A stretch of 64,000 bases of DNA. Source: an uncultured candidate division Zixibacteria bacterium. GTDB lineage: Bacteria > Zixibacteria > MSB-5A5 > UBA10806 > 4484-95. This document shows positions 32,202 to 41,702 of this stretch, piece by piece. Position 1 is the stretch's first letter. Every line of letters starts with the position of its first letter. The notes beneath the pieces are model-generated. The model made no database searches and had not been told where the DNA came from. It was given only the letters and a program-made list of their open reading frames with translations. A program made the position numbers and the translations under genes. The stretch is from NCBI GenBank assembly GCA_963668625.2, contig CAXXKA010000001.1, positions 224,001-288,000 of the forward strand, given 5' to 3'.

Positions 32202-34904
32202 ATGAGAGCAATAAAGTTATTAGTTTTATTACTGGTAGTTAGTGGTATTATTTTTAGTTGTGGGGAGAAACCTGTGGGTAATGTCGCGAAAAAAGTTCTG
32301 GATAATGGATTAACCGTTCTTATCAAAGAGGATCACTCCTCGCCGGTAGTTTCTATCGTCACTTATGTCAGCGCCGGATATTTTAACGAGCCGGATTCGC
32401 TGACCGGGATAGCGCATCTACTGGAGCACATGTATTTCAAGGGCACCGAACGCAGGGGAGTGGGCGATCTTGCCCGTGAGACCCGCGAGGCGGGAGGCTA
32501 TCTAAACGCCGGTACAAGCTACGAACGCACCGCTTATTACACATCGTTGCCCTCATACTCTTTCGAACAAGGATTGGATATTCAATCGGATGCCCTGGTG
32601 AACTCGGCAATCGATCCCGAGGAGTTAGCCAAAGAATCGAAAGTAGTCATACAGGAGATAAAACGCAAGCTGGATAATCCGGATGCGTTTTCGTACGAGA
32701 AACTGCTCGATTTAGCTTTCGATAAACATCGCATAAGACGCTGGCGGATGGGCTACGAGGATCAGGTCGCGGGCTGGAGCCGTGACCATCTCTATACATT
32801 TTACCAGGATCATTACCGCCCGGAAAATATAGTCCTGTCGGTGGTCGGTGATGTTAATACCGATGAGGCTTTCGAGTTAATCGAGAAGTACTACGGCAAT
32901 ATCGAACGGGGAGAGATTAAAACCGAATACTCGCCTGTCGAGCCGCCCCAGACCCAGTTCAAATACAGACGAATGACCGGTGATGTTAACCGTAACCTTA
33001 TTTATGTCGGTTTTCATACGCCGGGTGGGTTGCATGATGATGCCTATGCGCTTATGGTCATGGACTATATCTTAAGCGGCGGCCGGGCTTCGAGATTCTA
33101 CCAGGAGATACGCGAGAAAAAACAACTCGCTCAGAGCATCAGCTCCTATTACGACATATATAAAGATTTCGGATATTTTACCGCCAGTGCCGAGCAAAAC
33201 GAACAAGAGCCGCTGGAATTACTCAAATCGGTATTCCAGGAGATCGAACGTTTGAAGATCGAATCTGTCACCGAGGCGGAATTGACCAGGGCGATTAATC
33301 AACTCGAATCGACATACCTTCACTCGTTCGAGGAGGTTAACGGTCTGGCTATCACTATGGCGATGAACGAAGCCTATGGAGATTACGCGATGGCTTTCGA
33401 ATATATCGATAAGCTTCGCAAAGTGACGCCCGCCGATATCGAGCGAGTGGCAAATAAGTATTTCGATATAACCAATGCCACGATTCTCGAATATTTGCCG
33501 AAAACCGATGAACATCAGGATTATACGGCGAAGCAGATGCAGGCGCTTATCTATGATGCCGTGGGAGAATTCAAAGCCAGGTTCGTTCCCGGTGAGGAGC
33601 AGAAATACACCGATGCGGAGGCGCTCGGAGTTGGCGGCAGTCAGTTGCCAGATAAAGAATCTCAAAGTGCAACCCTGGCAAACGGCATAACGGTAGTGTG
33701 CAAAGAGAACCATTCGGTACCGCTGGTTTCGGTAGCGGCTTATTTCAATGGGGGTACCTTCGTCGAAACTAAAGAAGACGCCGGGGTGACTTTCCTGATG
33801 GCTAAAACCGCTATCAAGGGAACCGAGAACATGACAGCTCTGGAGATAGCCGAGAAAACCGAGATTCTAGGCAGCAATATCGGTTATGATATCGATGACG
33901 ATTATTTCGGATTCACATTCGAGAGTATGTCGCGTAATTTCGAAAGCGGCTTTTCTATTTTCTCGGATGTCATCCTTAACCCGATATTCCCAGTGGATGA
34001 GATGACGAAAGAGAGGGAATATCAAATCGCCGTAATCAAACGTCAGAAAGATTCCATGAGCAGCTATCCGACCGAGCTATGCATGCAGGCTCTTTACGAG
34101 AATCATCCTTATGGACTACCCTCGGCCGGTATCGAAGAGGCCATAAATGAACTAACGATTGAAGATCTAAAAAAACGTCACCAGCGAGGAGTAAAGACCG
34201 GTAATCTGGTGATTACATTCGTCGGCGATATTACTCTCGATGAGGCAAAAAGCCTGACCGAGAAATACCTGGCCGATATGCAGCTAGGGGAACGGGACAT
34301 GATCAACGAACCGTATCCTCAGCTAAGCTCCATCCATACGAAAGTGGAGAACCGTGAGAAAGCGCAGACCGCTCAATCGTTTGCTTTTATCACCTGTAAT
34401 TATTCCAATCCCGACCATCAACCACTGAAAGTGTTGCAGAATATCGTCAGTGGTATGGGGGCGCGTCTTCACTACCAGGTACGGGAAAGCCGCTCGTTGG
34501 CATATACCGTGTATGGCTACCAGAGCGCGGCTACTCTGGCAGGATCGTTCATCTGCTATATGGCGACCTCCCCCGAGAACGCTCTGGCTGCGCGAAATAT
34601 CGCTGTTGATGTATTAACTGGTTTGAAAGATGATCCGCCGACCGAGGAAGAGTTCAAGAGATCGGTCAATTATACCGCCGGTTCGTTCAGCATTTACCTT
34701 CAAACCAACGCCCGCCAGGCTGACCTTTACAGCCGCTGGGAACTGGCCGGTAAGGGCTATAAATCCGTAGATACCTACCCTGATGATATCAGAAAGGTAA
34801 CGCAGGCACAGGTACTCGAGGTGGCCAATAAATATTTCAGTACCCCGAATTATGCCGTGGGCATGATTGAGGGCGTGGGCGCCTCGGTTAAACAGAGAGA
34901 ATAG
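32202..34904 (+). CDS. M16 (pitrilysin/PqqL-like) zinc peptidase, lipoprotein
   Basis: Lipobox IFSC, GIAHLLEH (HxxEH), two-half architecture. Confidence 0.9.
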   Translation: MRAIKLLVLLLVVSGIIFSCGEKPVGNVAKKVLDNGLTVLIKEDHSSPVVSIVTYVSAGYFNEPDSLTGIAHLLEHMYFKGTERRGVGDLARETREAGGYLNAGTSYERTAYYTSLPSYSFEQGLDIQSDALVNSAIDPEELAKESKVVIQEIKRKLDNPDAFSYEKLLDLAFDKHRIRRWRMGYEDQVAGWSRDHLYTFYQDHYRPENIVLSVVGDVNTDEAFELIEKYYGNIERGEIKTEYSPVEPPQTQFKYRRMTGDVNRNLIYVGFHTPGGLHDDAYALMVMDYILSGGRASRFYQEIREKKQLAQSISSYYDIYKDFGYFTASAEQNEQEPLELLKSVFQEIERLKIESVTEAELTRAINQLESTYLHSFEEVNGLAITMAMNEAYGDYAMAFEYIDKLRKVTPADIERVANKYFDITNATILEYLPKTDEHQDYTAKQMQALIYDAVGEFKARFVPGEEQKYTDAEALGVGGSQLPDKESQSATLANGITVVCKENHSVPLVSVAAYFNGGTFVETKEDAGVTFLMAKTAIKGTENMTALEIAEKTEILGSNIGYDIDDDYFGFTFESMSRNFESGFSIFSDVILNPIFPVDEMTKEREYQIAVIKRQKDSMSSYPTELCMQALYENHPYGLPSAGIEEAINELTIEDLKKRHQRGVKTGNLVITFVGDITLDEAKSLTEKYLADMQLGERDMINEPYPQLSSIHTKVENREKAQTAQSFAFITCNYSNPDHQPLKVLQNIVSGMGARLHYQVRESRSLAYTVYGYQSAATLAGSFICYMATSPENALAARNIAVDVLTGLKDDPPTEEEFKRSVNYTAGSFSIYLQTNARQADLYSRWELAGKGYKSVDTYPDDIRKVTQAQVLEVANKYFSTPNYAVGMIEGVGASVKQRE

Positions 34905-35834
34905 GTGTTGCTGAAAGTATTTTACGATTCAGCTTTTTTAAAGCACAACCCGGGGGGCTGGCATCCCGAATCGCCGGCCCGCCTGGTTTCCGCCCTGGAG
35001 GCCGTTCGTCATTTGCCCCGAATTGATATCATGGAACGATGCCGTAAGGCTACTCGCGATGAGATCGAACTCGTTCATACCTCCGAATATTTCGACTATA
35101 TAAACTCCATCCCCGATGAGCAAACGATGATCGATCCGGATACGGGTTATGGGCCGGGAAGTTACACTGCCGCTCTAAAAGCCGTTGGCGCGTGTATTCA
35201 AGCGGTCGACCATGTTCTGGCGGGCGAAAGTTATCGGGCGTTTTGCGCTGTCAGGCCGCCGGGACATCATGCCTACAGTGACCGATCGAAAGGTTTCTGC
35301 GTATTTAACAATATTGCGATTGCCGCGAAATATGCCCGGGTTAAAAAGGATATGAGCCGGATCGCGATTATCGATTACGATGTTCATCACGGTAACGGCA
35401 CCCAGGAGGCGTTTTATGATTCGCCGGAGGTGCTTTTCATTTCATCTCATCAATACCCGTTTTATCCCGGTACCGGCCCGGCCTCGGATATCGGCTCGGG
35501 TAAAGGCGAGGGATACAATATCAATATCCCTTTACCATATGGAATGGAAGATGAGCAGTACCTGGAGATTTTCAAGCATCGAATCGTGCCTGAGGTGGAT
35601 AAATATAAACCTGAGCTGATAATGGTATCCTCGGGTTTCGACAGCCATCGCGATGACCCGTTGGCGGGTTTGAATCTCAGCTCGGATATTTATGGCAAGA
35701 TTACCGAAATGATCGTTGATTTAGCGAACAAACATTGTTATGGTAGAATCGTATCGGTACTCGAGGGAGGCTATAACTTGATCGCCCTGAAAGAGTCGGT
35801 GAGTAACCATCTTAAGGAGTTGGTAAATGACTGA
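34905..35834 (+). CDS. Histone deacetylase-family amidohydrolase
   Basis: HPE, RPPGHHA, GFC.FNN, DYDVHHGNG, SGFD, LEGGY. Confidence 0.94.
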   Translation: MLLKVFYDSAFLKHNPGGWHPESPARLVSALEAVRHLPRIDIMERCRKATRDEIELVHTSEYFDYINSIPDEQTMIDPDTGYGPGSYTAALKAVGACIQAVDHVLAGESYRAFCAVRPPGHHAYSDRSKGFCVFNNIAIAAKYARVKKDMSRIAIIDYDVHHGNGTQEAFYDSPEVLFISSHQYPFYPGTGPASDIGSGKGEGYNINIPLPYGMEDEQYLEIFKHRIVPEVDKYKPELIMVSSGFDSHRDDPLAGLNLSSDIYGKITEMIVDLANKHCYGRIVSVLEGGYNLIALKESVSNHLKELVND

Positions 35835-36597
35835 AAGAAGATACCTTAAATTCGCCTGCGCCAGTTACGAGGGGCTCGGCGTTTTACGGGATGATAAAGT
35901 ATATGAGGTGACCGGAGATTTTTTTCGGGATTTCAAAATCGGCCAAAACAGTTTTGATCTCGATGAGATAACTTTTCTGCCGCCATGTGTTCCGCAGAAA
36001 ATATTGTGTGTCGGCCTGAACTATGCCGCCCATGCCGATGAGAGCACGCTCGATGCTATTCCCGAGGAGCCGTTGTTTTTCATGAAACCGCCGTCGGCAT
36101 TGATCGGTCATAATCATAATATTATCAAACCGGCCTGGGTGAACCGGGTTGACTACGAGGGCGAGATCGCCGCCGTTATCGGAAAGCCACTGCGCAATGT
36201 CTCCGAGGACGAGGCGCTCGCCGGAGTATTCGGTTATACCTGTGTTAATGATGTTACCGCGCGTAATATGCAGAAACGCGATAAACAATGGACGCGCCCC
36301 AAGGGTTTCGATACGTTCTGCCCGATAGGCCCGTATATCGTCAGCGGCATCGATCCCTCCGATTTGAAACTTGAGACACGCTTGAACGGCAAGGTCGTTC
36401 AAAGCGCCAATACCTCGCTGATGATGCGCTCGATTGCGGAAGTCATCAGCTATATCTCCAAAGTAATGACTCTTTATCCCGGCGATATCATCTCCACTGG
36501 TACGCCTAAAGGAGTCGGCCCGATGAAAGCCGGGGATGTAGTAGAGGTTGAAATCGAAAAAATCGGCACACTTAGAAATCCGGTGATCGAACAGTGA
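35827..36597 (+). CDS. Fumarylacetoacetate hydrolase-family protein
   Basis: KILCVGLNY, FMKP, DYEGE, NDVTAR, KGFDTFCP, TGTP.GVG. Confidence 0.93.
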   Translation: MTERRYLKFACASYEGLGVLRDDKVYEVTGDFFRDFKIGQNSFDLDEITFLPPCVPQKILCVGLNYAAHADESTLDAIPEEPLFFMKPPSALIGHNHNIIKPAWVNRVDYEGEIAAVIGKPLRNVSEDEALAGVFGYTCVNDVTARNMQKRDKQWTRPKGFDTFCPIGPYIVSGIDPSDLKLETRLNGKVVQSANTSLMMRSIAEVISYISKVMTLYPGDIISTGTPKGVGPMKAGDVVEVEIEKIGTLRNPVIEQ

Positions 36598-38405
36598 AAT
36601 ATTTTCTTTTCGCGTTACTGTATGTTTTGATCGTATCATTATCGGCTTTCGGTGATGAGGTTTTCGCATTAAGCAATGATACGCCCGCTAATTATCATAT
36701 CGAGGCCGAACTAGATACCTCGTTGAAAATGATTTACGGACGTGAGACGATTGAATTTTTAAATCCTACAACTGAACCGCTCGACGAAATCATACTGCAT
36801 CTTTACCCGAATGCATTTCGAGATACTACTACTACGATGGCCATAGAGAGCGAGAGGATTCGATCTGATTTAAGAATAAACCGGGGATATATTAATTGCG
36901 ATTCGATTCTTGTTGATGGCGAACGAGCCGATTCTATTTTGATCGATGAAACTCTCATGCATATTTTCCCGAATGAACCTCTTCAACCCGGTAGACGGTT
37001 ATCACTCTCGCTCGTTTTCGAAATTAGAATCCCGAAAATTAGACTTCGTTATGGCTATGATGAAAATGGAAATTATCTCATATCGCACTGGCATCCCATA
37101 TTGGCGGGATACCAGCATAATAAAGCAATCGTATTTCAATATGGCGTTGATGGCGAATTTTTCTCGAATTTCGCCAACTATGAGATTAAGCTGGCGATAC
37201 CGGAGGGATATAAACTTCTTTCCACCGCCAACATTAATATTCCCGACTCGACCGTTTCGGGGCTGGCTTATTACGATCTCATAGCCGAAGGCGTGATAGA
37301 TTTCGCGTTCGCCTGCGGGCCGGGATGGCTTAATGAGGCGTACAATCATAACGGCGTTAATATCAACCTGTTTTATCTCGAGCAACACTCCGATAATATG
37401 CTTATATTGAAAAAGACTCTAAACGGATCGCTGGACTATTTCGGGGAAAAATTCTATCCATATCCTTATCCTAATTTGAGTTTCGTCGATATCTCTCCCG
37501 GCGCGGAGGGAATGGAGCTGCCGCGTATGGTGGCGATGTCATTCGAGACTCGTAATGGCGGCCCGAGCAGGATAAAGATGATAGCCATACATGAATTAGC
37601 GCATCAATGGTTTTACGCCACCGTGGCGACGAACGAGTATACCGAGCCCTGGCTGGATGAGGGAATAACCTCGTACGTTACGAATAGATGCGCTGACAAC
37701 CTGTACGGCAGAGTCAATGAGTTCGAGATAATGGGATTCGGATTGAGCCTGGAATTATTGCAGGGACTGGCCGCCAGAACCAGTGGCTATCTCGATCCGT
37801 TGAATAAGACGAGCGATGAGTTCAAATCCGGCGATTATTATATAAACGTTTACGCCCGTGCCCCGATCGTGTTACGGGCTCTCGAGGGCGTGCTGGGAAC
37901 CGGGACGTTCGATAAAGCGATGAAAGATTTTACCGATAGCCACAAATTTAAACATCCCGATAGCTACGATTTCAAGAGGGCATTGGAGCAATCCTCCGGG
38001 GTCGATCTCGAGTCGTTTTTCAATCAATACATTTTCGGTACTGCCCGGGTTGACTATAAAATCCAATCGGTCGAATCTCCGAAGTCGGATTCGTTATATA
38101 TCACCTCGGTTGATTTGCAACGTATTCATGATGGCGTGCTGCCTCAGCAGGTCGTGGTCGGTTTCAGGGATGGCAGCAAGCAGAGCAAACGTTGGGATGG
38201 TATCGATAAATACACCAGCCTATCGTTCGAATCGAACAGCCCGGCCGAGTACGCACGATTGGACACCTCGTATTATTATCTTATCGATGAGGACCTTATC
38301 AATAACTCTTATAGAATCGAACCTGATAGCGCATATACATTCGCGTTCTCCTCGCTTTTGATGACCTTAGTACAGCTAATTCTAATCATCGTTGGGTTGG
38401 TATGA
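36594..38405 (+). CDS. M1-family (gluzincin) aminopeptidase, secreted, with C-terminal membrane anchor
   Basis: Signal peptide, GMELP, HELAHQW, PWLDEG, hydrophobic C-terminus. Confidence 0.88.
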   Translation: MKYFLFALLYVLIVSLSAFGDEVFALSNDTPANYHIEAELDTSLKMIYGRETIEFLNPTTEPLDEIILHLYPNAFRDTTTTMAIESERIRSDLRINRGYINCDSILVDGERADSILIDETLMHIFPNEPLQPGRRLSLSLVFEIRIPKIRLRYGYDENGNYLISHWHPILAGYQHNKAIVFQYGVDGEFFSNFANYEIKLAIPEGYKLLSTANINIPDSTVSGLAYYDLIAEGVIDFAFACGPGWLNEAYNHNGVNINLFYLEQHSDNMLILKKTLNGSLDYFGEKFYPYPYPNLSFVDISPGAEGMELPRMVAMSFETRNGGPSRIKMIAIHELAHQWFYATVATNEYTEPWLDEGITSYVTNRCADNLYGRVNEFEIMGFGLSLELLQGLAARTSGYLDPLNKTSDEFKSGDYYINVYARAPIVLRALEGVLGTGTFDKAMKDFTDSHKFKHPDSYDFKRALEQSSGVDLESFFNQYIFGTARVDYKIQSVESPKSDSLYITSVDLQRIHDGVLPQQVVVGFRDGSKQSKRWDGIDKYTSLSFESNSPAEYARLDTSYYYLIDEDLINNSYRIEPDSAYTFAFSSLLMTLVQLILIIVGLV

Positions 38406-39232
38406 TGAAACGTTCCGGTGTCATCTCATTGTTGAAACCAACGCTGGCTTTATATATACCAAGGCTGGCATTCAGCGCGTTAATCGCGTTCCCGGTTTTC
38501 GTCTATCTCGATAGCTACTTCTCGAACTCGGCAATATCCGAGTTGCTCTGGCCGATACCCTCGGATTACGCTTTGATTGAACTGAGCTGGAATCTTAACG
38601 AACTGCTTTTATTCGCGATCCCGCTTTTACTACTCGTAATCTTTATAGGATTCATCACCAACCAGTTTATTTACGGCGGTGTTTATGGCCTGGTATATGC
38701 AGAAACGAATCTCAGCCTGCGTGATTTCTTCGCCTCCTGTGGCGGTCATTTCGGTGGTTTCGTGAAAATCGCGATTGCCGGAGGTGCTGGATTTATATTA
38801 GTTTTTCTGGCGGCTGATTTAATCGGTATGTTCATAGGCAAAGTGATTGGCCTGATCTATCGACCTCTGGGTACGATTATTACTATTGCGGTTGTCTTTA
38901 TCCTGGTTTATATCTACCTCGCGTTTCTAAGCGTTATGAGGCTAACCCAGGTTCAACACGAGATATCATCTTTGAGAAAAACCTATTCCTTATCCAAAGA
39001 AATTCTTACCGGTACCTCCCGCTATTTCATGGCGGTTAATATAATGGCCGGTTTTTTTGCGATGATTACGATTGCGATAATTTTACTGCCGCTGTTTTTG
39101 GTTTATCGCTTGCCTTTTAGCCAGGTCTTTACAATACTGATAGTGTTATTTCAGCAAATAGCGGTATTCTGGATTTGTTTTTTAGAGGTCATCCAGGTTA
39201 CCATTAATAGAAGATTCGTCAAGGAGAGTTAA
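38402..39232 (+). CDS. Multi-pass membrane protein of unknown function
   Basis: About 6 hydrophobic helices; ATGA-coupled to the M1 gene. Confidence 0.75.
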   Translation: MMKRSGVISLLKPTLALYIPRLAFSALIAFPVFVYLDSYFSNSAISELLWPIPSDYALIELSWNLNELLLFAIPLLLLVIFIGFITNQFIYGGVYGLVYAETNLSLRDFFASCGGHFGGFVKIAIAGGAGFILVFLAADLIGMFIGKVIGLIYRPLGTIITIAVVFILVYIYLAFLSVMRLTQVQHEISSLRKTYSLSKEILTGTSRYFMAVNIMAGFFAMITIAIILLPLFLVYRLPFSQVFTILIVLFQQIAVFWICFLEVIQVTINRRFVKES

Positions 39233-39233
39233 G

Positions 39234-39959
39234 ATGGAACTTAGATGGGATAGATTGAACTGGCAGGATATCAAAAGGCTCGTAAATGAGGGGTATGACA
39301 CGGTTCTCATTCCAGTCGGCACTATCGAGGCGCATGGCTGTATACCCCTGGGCACCGATAATATTATCCCGGAGACGATGGCTAACCGAATCGCTCCCGA
39401 TTTGAAAGTCTTGATAGCTCCGACTATAAATTATGGGATAACCCAATCGCTGATTGCCTATCCCGGCTCGCTGACTGTTTCGCCGGCAACCTTTATCAGC
39501 TACATGACCGAGATAATGAAATCGTTCGTCAAGTCAGGCATGAAAAAACTGATCGTGCTAAACGGTCATGGCGGGCAGACAAAACAGATGAAGGAAGTCG
39601 CATTCACGGTGCATACCGAGACAGAGGCTAAAGTCGCCGTTATCCAGTGGTGGGATATGGTTGCCGGTTTGGAGGAAAAGCTTTACGGCAAAACAGGCGG
39701 TCATGCCGCGTTGGATGAAACCGCGGCTCTTCAAGCCTGCGCGCCCGAAACGGTTCAGCCGGATTTATACAATCCCGATATGCATTACCGATATCAACCG
39801 GGCACTACTGTCTATCCGAACCCGGCCACGATCCTCAATTACCAGGATAATTATGGCGAGCTTGATTTCGATCAGGCTAAAGCTGATGCTTATTTCGATG
39901 AGGTTTGCGTGAAAGTTACCGATTTTATCAAAGATATTATCGAGCGCTGGGAGCGGTAA
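39234..39959 (+). CDS. Creatininase-family amidohydrolase
   Basis: PVGTIEAHG..PLGTD, NGHGG, GGHA..ET. Confidence 0.9.
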   Translation: MELRWDRLNWQDIKRLVNEGYDTVLIPVGTIEAHGCIPLGTDNIIPETMANRIAPDLKVLIAPTINYGITQSLIAYPGSLTVSPATFISYMTEIMKSFVKSGMKKLIVLNGHGGQTKQMKEVAFTVHTETEAKVAVIQWWDMVAGLEEKLYGKTGGHAALDETAALQACAPETVQPDLYNPDMHYRYQPGTTVYPNPATILNYQDNYGELDFDQAKADAYFDEVCVKVTDFIKDIIERWER

Positions 39960-39988
39960 CATATTAGTGCATAACGGGCATTATCCCG

Positions 39989-40093
39989 GCACAGTTATTG
40001 TGCGTCAACATTCGACATATTCATACGTATAACGATTAATCGAATGATTATCAATGTTTTAAAGGCATTAAACCTTTTGGCATGTGATTTGCT
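39989..40093 (+). promoter_or_regulatory. Sigma54 promoter with IHF site and enhancer-like palindrome
   Basis: TGGCATGTGATTTGCT (40078-40093, GG-N10-GC); TATCAATGTTTTA (40049-40061, WATCAAN4TTR); GCAC-N7-GTGC (39989-40003). Confidence 0.7.
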
Positions 40094-40148
40094 CTAAGAG
40101 TTAACAGGATCTTTGATAACTAAACAGACGAACTTCCCCCTTTAGCAG

Positions 40149-40177
40149 TTGACAGGGATTTACGCTGATGGTACAAT
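40149..40177 (+). promoter_or_regulatory. Sigma70 promoter
   Basis: TTGACA-N17-TACAAT with extended -10 TG. Confidence 0.75.
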
Positions 40178-40325
40178 CTTCGTGGCAAGCTGTTTTCAGT
40201 CGGCGCAGGAGTATATGCGGCTGATATATATGCCGGATGAGAGAGAATAAGGATTATAATTTCTCGCTCCGGTGACATGAACAACAAAGCAAAGGTATTC
40301 GGCTTGCTGTTTAGTTGGAGGGATT

Positions 40326-41165
40326 ATGAAAGCATTCGTAACATCACTGTTGATATTAATGATAAGTTCAGGTGTACTAGCCCAGGTCAATCAGGAAATG
40401 GATGGGCCTCCCAGGGCGATTCCCCGCATACCGCCGCAGCATTATAATGTTCGATGGCTTATCGATAAGCCGACCGCTTACATGCTGCCCCGGGGTTCAT
40501 TCGATCTGGATTTCAAGACATTCCCCGGTGGAGGCGTACAGGCGGCGATAAACATAGGGCTGGCCAACAGGTTCATGATCGGCCTGGCTTACGGCGGCGC
40601 CAGTATACTCTCCGAAACAACACCCGAATGGAATCCGAAGATGGAGTTTAATATGCGCTACATGCTGATGGAGCAGTACGGCTCTATTCCGCAAATGGCG
40701 ATAGGTTTCGGCTCCTCGGGTTATGGCTTGTTCCAGGAGAAAGATACCACCATCGGTTATGAGGAGGATCGCTACCTGATCAAGTCGCCCGGATTTTATC
40801 TGAGTGTTTCCAAGGAATACCCGGTATACGCAAGCTACTTGAGTCTTCATGGAGGAGTGAACTACTCGTTGGAGAACGATATCGATGGTGACCCTGATAT
40901 CTATTTTGGAACGCTGGTGCATCTGGGCTACGATATGATTTTCATAGCCGAGTACGATGTAGCATTTAACGATAACAATACCTCCGGCATTTTCGGCCGG
41001 GGCAGGGGATATCTGAACTGCGGAGTCGCCTGGTACATAACTCCGCAACTTCAAATCGAACTAGATTTCAGGAATATACTTTTAAACCGCCGCCCGCACG
41101 GCGATGAGGATCTGGTTTTAGATAGGGAGGTTCGCCTGGTTTACCTTCAATTTTTTACTGATTGA
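40326..41165 (+). CDS. Putative outer-membrane beta-barrel protein (YjbH-like)
   Basis: Signal peptide, LIDKPTA.ML..G N-terminal motif, alternating aromatic beta strands. Confidence 0.6.
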   Translation: MKAFVTSLLILMISSGVLAQVNQEMDGPPRAIPRIPPQHYNVRWLIDKPTAYMLPRGSFDLDFKTFPGGGVQAAINIGLANRFMIGLAYGGASILSETTPEWNPKMEFNMRYMLMEQYGSIPQMAIGFGSSGYGLFQEKDTTIGYEEDRYLIKSPGFYLSVSKEYPVYASYLSLHGGVNYSLENDIDGDPDIYFGTLVHLGYDMIFIAEYDVAFNDNNTSGIFGRGRGYLNCGVAWYITPQLQIELDFRNILLNRRPHGDEDLVLDREVRLVYLQFFTD

Positions 41166-41176
41166 TGAGGCTAGTA

Positions 41177-41698
41177 ATGTTAAAATTCAGCAAAGCCGCG
41201 GTCATCATCGCGGTTTTTTTATTAACCGCTACCAGCGGATGCTATACCAAGCTAAAATCCACCGAGGTTAAGATCGTACCGGACTCCCCGGATCAAATTT
41301 ACGAGGAGCAGGAGTATGACGGCCCGGATTGGAATTTCGGTTATGGTTGGTATAATCCCGGCTGGGGTTACGATAATTCGTATTATTACTACTATCATGT
41401 CAACTGGTGGGATGAGTGTCGTTGGTGCGGTTCGGATGATGGCAATCCTGATATCGAATTATTCGAAAACACCAAAAAAATTCCTCATCGAAGCGATCCA
41501 TACCTGCCATCCGGTGCGACTGCCGGTGGAACAGGCGGTACGGTGACTCCCTCAGTACAGGTTAAACCGACAACGCCAACTACCGACCCGGGAACATCAA
41601 CACCGATAGTACAGCCAAAATCGGAAACATCGAATAAAAATAACGGTAACAACAACAAATCTGATTCTAATAAGAAAACAAAAAAGCGTAGAAGGTAG
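41177..41698 (+). CDS. Lipoprotein with Tyr/Trp-rich segment and T/P/N low-complexity tail
   Basis: Lipobox TSGC; WNFGYGWYNPGWGYDNSYYYYYH; CRWC; basic KKTKKRRR end. Confidence 0.75.
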   Translation: MLKFSKAAVIIAVFLLTATSGCYTKLKSTEVKIVPDSPDQIYEEQEYDGPDWNFGYGWYNPGWGYDNSYYYYYHVNWWDECRWCGSDDGNPDIELFENTKKIPHRSDPYLPSGATAGGTGGTVTPSVQVKPTTPTTDPGTSTPIVQPKSETSNKNNGNNNKSDSNKKTKKRRR

Positions 41699-41702
41699 TT
41701 AG

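Noticed and set aside
35884-36669. 261-aa minus-strand ORF and many other antisense ORFs in the track
   Set aside because: They lie opposite well-supported genes and have no recognisable motifs; shadow ORFs of codon bias
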